Source of the DNA: Fimbriimonadaceae bacterium
GTDB lineage: Bacteria; Armatimonadota; Fimbriimonadia; Fimbriimonadales; Fimbriimonadaceae
Assembly: GCA_019638675.1 (NCBI GenBank)
Contig: JAHBTE010000001.1
Coordinates: forward strand, 278,605 to 342,604
DNA length: 64,000 bases
Reading direction: 5' to 3'
Position 1 is the first letter of the stretch. Each line of letters starts with the position of its first letter. The position numbers and the translations under genes are program-made. The notes beneath the pieces are model-generated. The model had not been told where the DNA came from. It made no database searches and was given only the letters and a program-made list of their open reading frames with translations. Shown here one piece after another: positions 60,074 to 64,000 of the stretch.

Positions 60074-61453
60074 ATGCGGCACACAAAAATCGTTTGCACC
60101 CTTGGCCCGGCGGTCGAATCACAAGAACTAATCGCCAGCTTGATCAAAGAGGGGATGAACCTAGCTCGGTTGAACTGCTCCCACGGCGATTGGGAATCCA
60201 AACGCAAATTTATTGAATGGATTCGCGCGGAATCGCCCGAACTCTCTCCCATCGGTATCATGGCTGACCTTCAAGGACCGAAAACTCGTTTAGCGAAGCT
60301 TGAAGGCGATGTCCGCACCTTCGCAACTGGAGAAAAAATCACAATTGGCTTGGCTGATGTTGACCTCCCCGTAGCCTCGCCTGAGCTAGTCCATAGTATG
60401 AAAAAAGGTGACCGCATATTGCTTGGTGATGGTCAGTGCGAACTCAAGCTCACAAGTGGCGAGGGCGATACTTTTGAAGCGAAAATCACTGCTGGCGGCA
60501 CGGTTAAATCTAAGCAAGGTGTCACGATTGTCGGGCGATCTTTCGATATCCCTGCCCTTACAACTAAAGACCTTGGAGACATCACTCAGGCAATCGCAGC
60601 GGGCTGTGACTACATCGCCCTCAGCTACGTGCGAACCGCGGCCGATATGCGTGAACTCCGCCAGATTGTTGACCGTATTGATCCTTCTGTTAAGCTGGTC
60701 GCAAAAATCGAAACAAAGGAAGCACTCAAGGAAATTGATGCGATTATCAAACTCAGCGACGTGATCATGGTCGCGCGAGGTGACCTTGGCCTTCAAATGG
60801 AAATTGAAGATGTTCCTGCGGCGCAAAAGCGGATCATCCACAAATGCAATTCGCAAGCGGTTCCAGTTATTACCGCCACACAGATGCTCGAAAGCATGGT
60901 TTCTGCCTCGCGCCCTACTCGCGCCGAAGCATCCGATGTCGCCAACGCAATTTTAGACGGTACGGATGCCGTCATGCTGAGCGGCGAAACCGCCAGTGGC
61001 GACTACCCCATTGAAAGCGTACGAATCATGGCGAAAATCGCGATGGTCACCGAAGATCACGTTAAAACTAAATTCAAAGATGACTTTTCTAGCCACACAA
61101 CCGATGTTGTAGCCGAGTCTGCCGTCAACATCGCTCGTGGAATCAAAGCCAAAGCAATTCTAACCACCAGTGCAAGCGGGATGACTCCCCGCATGGTTAG
61201 CAAGTATCGTCCGATTCAGCCGATTCTCTGCGCTTGCTGGTCAGACCGGGTGCAACGCCAGCTGTCAGTCTGCCGGGGAGTCCAATCTCTATTAGTGGAT
61301 GCACCGCTCAACACAGATGACGCGATTCGTTCCACCGTCAACGCGTTCCTGCGGCGCAAGCTGTTCAAGGTTGGCGACCAAGTCGTGGTCACCGCAGGAG
61401 TTCCAGTTGGCCAGCCAGGCAACACCAACTTAATCCAAGTTGTGAACGTGTAG
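60074..61453 (+). CDS. pyk: Pyruvate kinase
   Basis: 459 aa. MRHTKIVCTLGPA, MVARGDLG, signature IATQMLESM-like (ITATQMLESM). Confidence 0.95.
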   Translation: MRHTKIVCTLGPAVESQELIASLIKEGMNLARLNCSHGDWESKRKFIEWIRAESPELSPIGIMADLQGPKTRLAKLEGDVRTFATGEKITIGLADVDLPVASPELVHSMKKGDRILLGDGQCELKLTSGEGDTFEAKITAGGTVKSKQGVTIVGRSFDIPALTTKDLGDITQAIAAGCDYIALSYVRTAADMRELRQIVDRIDPSVKLVAKIETKEALKEIDAIIKLSDVIMVARGDLGLQMEIEDVPAAQKRIIHKCNSQAVPVITATQMLESMVSASRPTRAEASDVANAILDGTDAVMLSGETASGDYPIESVRIMAKIAMVTEDHVKTKFKDDFSSHTTDVVAESAVNIARGIKAKAILTTSASGMTPRMVSKYRPIQPILCACWSDRVQRQLSVCRGVQSLLVDAPLNTDDAIRSTVNAFLRRKLFKVGDQVVVTAGVPVGQPGNTNLIQVVNV

Positions 61454-61486
61454 GTCACAAATCGTGTAAAATCTATTCAGCTAAGG

Positions 61487-61759
61487 ATGGCTAACATGAA
61501 ACGACCTACCATCGTTCTTCTCACTCTCGCGCTCGCGATCACTACCGGAGCATTTCTTTCCCGCGCTCCCTGGCAGCAATTAAAGGCTCAAAAGGCTGAC
61601 TATGCGGAAAAGGTTGCCAAAACCCGCAAGATAGAATCAGAACGTGCCGAACTTCTGCAAAAAAACGCGAAGCTTGAGTCTCCTTTTGGGATGGAAGAAC
61701 GCGCCAGGGAACTTGGCTATCACAAACCGTACGAAAAGCCAATGAGCTTGGATAAATAA
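61487..61759 (+). CDS. Septum-formation initiator (FtsB/DivIC-like) protein
   Basis: 90 aa. N-terminal TM, coiled coil, C-terminal EERARELGYHKPYE typical of the family. Confidence 0.6.
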   Translation: MANMKRPTIVLLTLALAITTGAFLSRAPWQQLKAQKADYAEKVAKTRKIESERAELLQKNAKLESPFGMEERARELGYHKPYEKPMSLDK

Positions 61760-61760
61760 G

Positions 61761-63188
61761 TTACTTGAGCGATAAAGATATGAGGTCGCCTATTTTCTTA
61801 GCAGCGTGCTGTATCGCTTCTGCTTTTAGCAAGCCAAAACCTAACCTTAGGTATTGATCAGCATCTGGTTGGTTAGATACTCGGAAGCCTGGGCAGAACA
61901 TAACTCCGTTACTGAGAGCCCTCTGAGCTAATATGCGGGTATTAACCTGATCAGGCACTCTTATCCAAAAGGTTAAGCCCCCCTCAGGACGACTCCACTT
62001 ACACTCATTAGGGAAAGAAGACAGTATCACTCGATGCATGGTATCTCGACGTAATCTGTATTCAGGCAGAGTTCGTTTACAGTGTGCATCTAATTTGCCT
62101 TCTTGAATATATCTTCCGAGAGCCAACTGGATAAAAGGGGAGCCACTCACTTGGCTCAGTAGCAAATACTTTTCTAATCTGAGAGTGATTTCAGGTGGAC
62201 AACAAATCCATCCCATTCTTATGCCTGCAGTAAGCATATGATCAATACTGCCACAATAAATCACGCGATCAAATTTGTCGAACTGATAGAATGTTTGGGG
62301 TCTTGCCCCTTCAAAATACAGCCAACTCAAGGTATCCAATTCCAAAAGGTAGAAGTCATACTTTTCAGCTAGACCAAGGATTGATTGAATCTGTTTCTCA
62401 CCTAGCCGCTTACCAAATGGTGTAGTGATTCCCCCGCTAAGGATAAACATTCTGGGCTTCGTCCGTTTGATAGCCTCTTCCAACTTGTTTAAATCAAATC
62501 CTTGGAAATCAGATCGTACGTTGACTACGCGACGACCGATAAATTGTGCAAATTCCGCAGGTTTGTTCATATGCAAAGGGTCTTGCACAAGAATGATTTC
62601 CCCTGGCTTCGTGAGCGCTAAAATAGCTGCCTGGATGGAGTTTTCCAAACTAGAAGTAATAATTATTTGATTCAATGACACTGAGCACTCTTTTTCCGAC
62701 ATGATGGTTTGAAGTGCTGAGCCTAGCTCGGTATGCCCCAGAGTTTCACCTGAATAAAACAGCCACGGATCACAACCTCTTAGATCTGCAAAGTATGTAA
62801 CTAGCTCGTCACCGAAAAACAGCATAGGGTCTGGCACCGCGGTGGCGAGCGATCTAATTCCAGATTTTGAAACTGTGTGCTCGTAAGAGCTAAAAGGGCC
62901 GCGATCTTCTGAGCCTTTTAATATATTGCGACCAAACTCTGCTCCTGACGGTTCACAAACCACCGAGCCAGAACCAATGGTTGATTTGATAAACCCAAGC
63001 TGCTCAAGCTCAGAATACGCTCTGGAAACCGTCATCCTCCCGACAGAAAGTTGATGAGCCAATTCCCTTACTGGAGGCAATAGCTCTCCACTTAAAATCT
63101 GTCTCGCCAAAATTGCTGATCGGATTTGCTCTGCAATTTGCTGGTATTTAGGTCGAGTTGATGAATCTAAGATAATCGGTATCTTCAT
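61761..63188 (-). CDS. MocR/PdxR-type regulator (GntR HTH fused to aminotransferase class I/II domain)
   Basis: 475 aa. N-terminal GntR-type wHTH (LPPVRELAHQLSVGRMTVSRAYSEL) plus a long fold-type-I PLP domain. Confidence 0.75.
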   Translation of the reverse strand: MKIPIILDSSTRPKYQQIAEQIRSAILARQILSGELLPPVRELAHQLSVGRMTVSRAYSELEQLGFIKSTIGSGSVVCEPSGAEFGRNILKGSEDRGPFSSYEHTVSKSGIRSLATAVPDPMLFFGDELVTYFADLRGCDPWLFYSGETLGHTELGSALQTIMSEKECSVSLNQIIITSSLENSIQAAILALTKPGEIILVQDPLHMNKPAEFAQFIGRRVVNVRSDFQGFDLNKLEEAIKRTKPRMFILSGGITTPFGKRLGEKQIQSILGLAEKYDFYLLELDTLSWLYFEGARPQTFYQFDKFDRVIYCGSIDHMLTAGIRMGWICCPPEITLRLEKYLLLSQVSGSPFIQLALGRYIQEGKLDAHCKRTLPEYRLRRDTMHRVILSSFPNECKWSRPEGGLTFWIRVPDQVNTRILAQRALSNGVMFCPGFRVSNQPDADQYLRLGFGLLKAEAIQHAAKKIGDLISLSLK

Positions 63189-63258
63189 TTAATTCAATAC
63201 AGACAATACCGTCGCAAAAATTGGGGCAGCTAAAAAGCCAACCCCAACCTGGAGGAGA

Positions 63259-64000
63259 TTACTTACTTACAAACCTTTTTCCCTTCCACAACGCAGCAAT
63301 AGCAATTGCCATAAGCGATATTGACCCGGGCTCAGGAACCGCTTCAGGGCCAAACACAAAATTATTAGGTCGAGTCAGCCCCCCTGCATTTGCAGACACG
63401 AATGTTCCTATAAGCGCACCGCTCGTTGGATCATATTTGTTAATGAAATTGCCGCTCCAACTGCCTACATACAGCTTTCCATCTGGGCCGATTTCCTGAC
63501 CCTGTGTTTGCCCAAGGCCTGTAATAAAGTCGCTTATAAACGATCCGTCTGATCCCTTGTAACGCTTTACGGTTCCTGTATTGAAATCGTTTACAAACAG
63601 GTCGCCATCTGCCCCGAATCGGCTATCAAGAGGCGAAGTTAACGAAGCACTTGCAAATACTGATTGAAACACACCCGCACTGTTGTATTTGATGATTTGA
63701 CCCGTATTAAATGAACTCACATAGATGCTTCCTGTTGAATCAAATGAAACTCCGTCGGTGCCATTTAATGGACCGCCAGCTGCAGCATTCCCTAAATACT
63801 GTTTAGTAGCTACGTTGAATTTCGCCACTACCGAAGGGCTTGCTGCTGTTCCGATCTTGCAACTAACTAATAAATCCTGCCCTCGAAATTGAAGGTCTGC
63901 GGGAACATTCATTGCTGTTCCTTCAGTCACGTTTTCGATAAATGCTCCGGTCTGACCGTTGTATTTCAGCACTGCATGACCTGCCAATGACCAAGAACTC
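63259..64000 (-). CDS. NHL/beta-propeller repeat protein with C-terminal PEP-CTERM sorting signal; 5' end beyond window
   Basis: The frame stays open to the window edge (the track Met is a TTG). The C-terminal VPEPGSISLMAIAIAALWKGKRFVSK is PEP, TM helix and basic tail. Confidence 0.7.
   Translation of the reverse strand, partial: SSWSLAGHAVLKYNGQTGAFIENVTEGTAMNVPADLQFRGQDLLVSCKIGTAASPSVVAKFNVATKQYLGNAAAGGPLNGTDGVSFDSTGSIYVSSFNTGQIIKYNSAGVFQSVFASASLTSPLDSRFGADGDLFVNDFNTGTVKRYKGSDGSFISDFITGLGQTQGQEIGPDGKLYVGSWSGNFINKYDPTSGALIGTFVSANAGGLTRPNNFVFGPEAVPEPGSISLMAIAIAALWKGKRFVSK

Noticed and set aside
1-64000. CRISPR arrays, rRNA genes, IS elements with terminal inverted repeats, group II intron domain V, tmRNA
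   Set aside because: My visual scan found no regularly spaced direct repeats, no rRNA-like conserved blocks, no transposase-like ORFs and no matching signature sequences. A manual scan cannot exclude degenerate copies.

Overview
This is a 64-kb bacterial chromosomal window, densely coded on both strands, with three canonical tRNAs (Ala-TGC, Asn-GTT, Pro-GGG). The lineage cannot be fixed from sequence alone. A PEP-CTERM anchor, copper-amine-oxidase-N 'stalk' domain proteins and GT9/TolC-type genes suggest a diderm environmental bacterium.

Layout:
1. 1-3.7 kb: housekeeping genes (partial mltG, ruvX, IMPase, tRNA-Ala).
2. 3.7-12.7 kb: mixed accessory genes that look AT-richer by eye (PcfJ-like, a DsbD-N/thioredoxin pair, several orphans). 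They surround a Ro60/Rsr gene preceded by a sigma70-like promoter and four tandem Y-RNA-like modules. Two modules carry permuted tRNA mimics. This is the most interesting non-coding structure in the window.
3. 12.8-19.4 kb: GT9 glycosyltransferase, a complete trans-4-hydroxy-L-proline catabolic operon, and an SDR.
4. 19.5-40.5 kb: a segment bounded by tRNA-Asn and a perfect 53-bp direct repeat of its 3' half. It carries decayed mobile-element remnants, a truncated haemoglobin, two Crp/Fnr regulators, a NarB-type nitrate reductase, a full molybdenum-cofactor pathway with fused genes, and two NarK transporters. It also holds an unusual tightly overlapped operon (polyferredoxin, Tat-Rieske, small TM protein, CMD/AhpD-like, NarI-like cytochrome b, MobA, PLP decarboxylase) and ends in about 1.2 kb with no intact ORF.
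5. 40.5-48.2 kb: a CzcCBA/CusCBA-type RND metal-efflux module ending at a third, diverged tRNA-Asn 3' half.
6. 48.2-64 kb: BI-1-like protein, secreted stalk-domain proteins, an orphan P-II, a TPR protein, tRNA-Pro, a UbiA/DprE2/DprE1-like operon, deoB, pyk, an ftsB-like gene, a MocR regulator and a partial PEP-CTERM NHL protein.

I saw no CRISPR array, rRNA, or intact transposase/integrase. All functional calls rest on motif recognition in the supplied translations and on manual reading of the DNA. No database search was possible.
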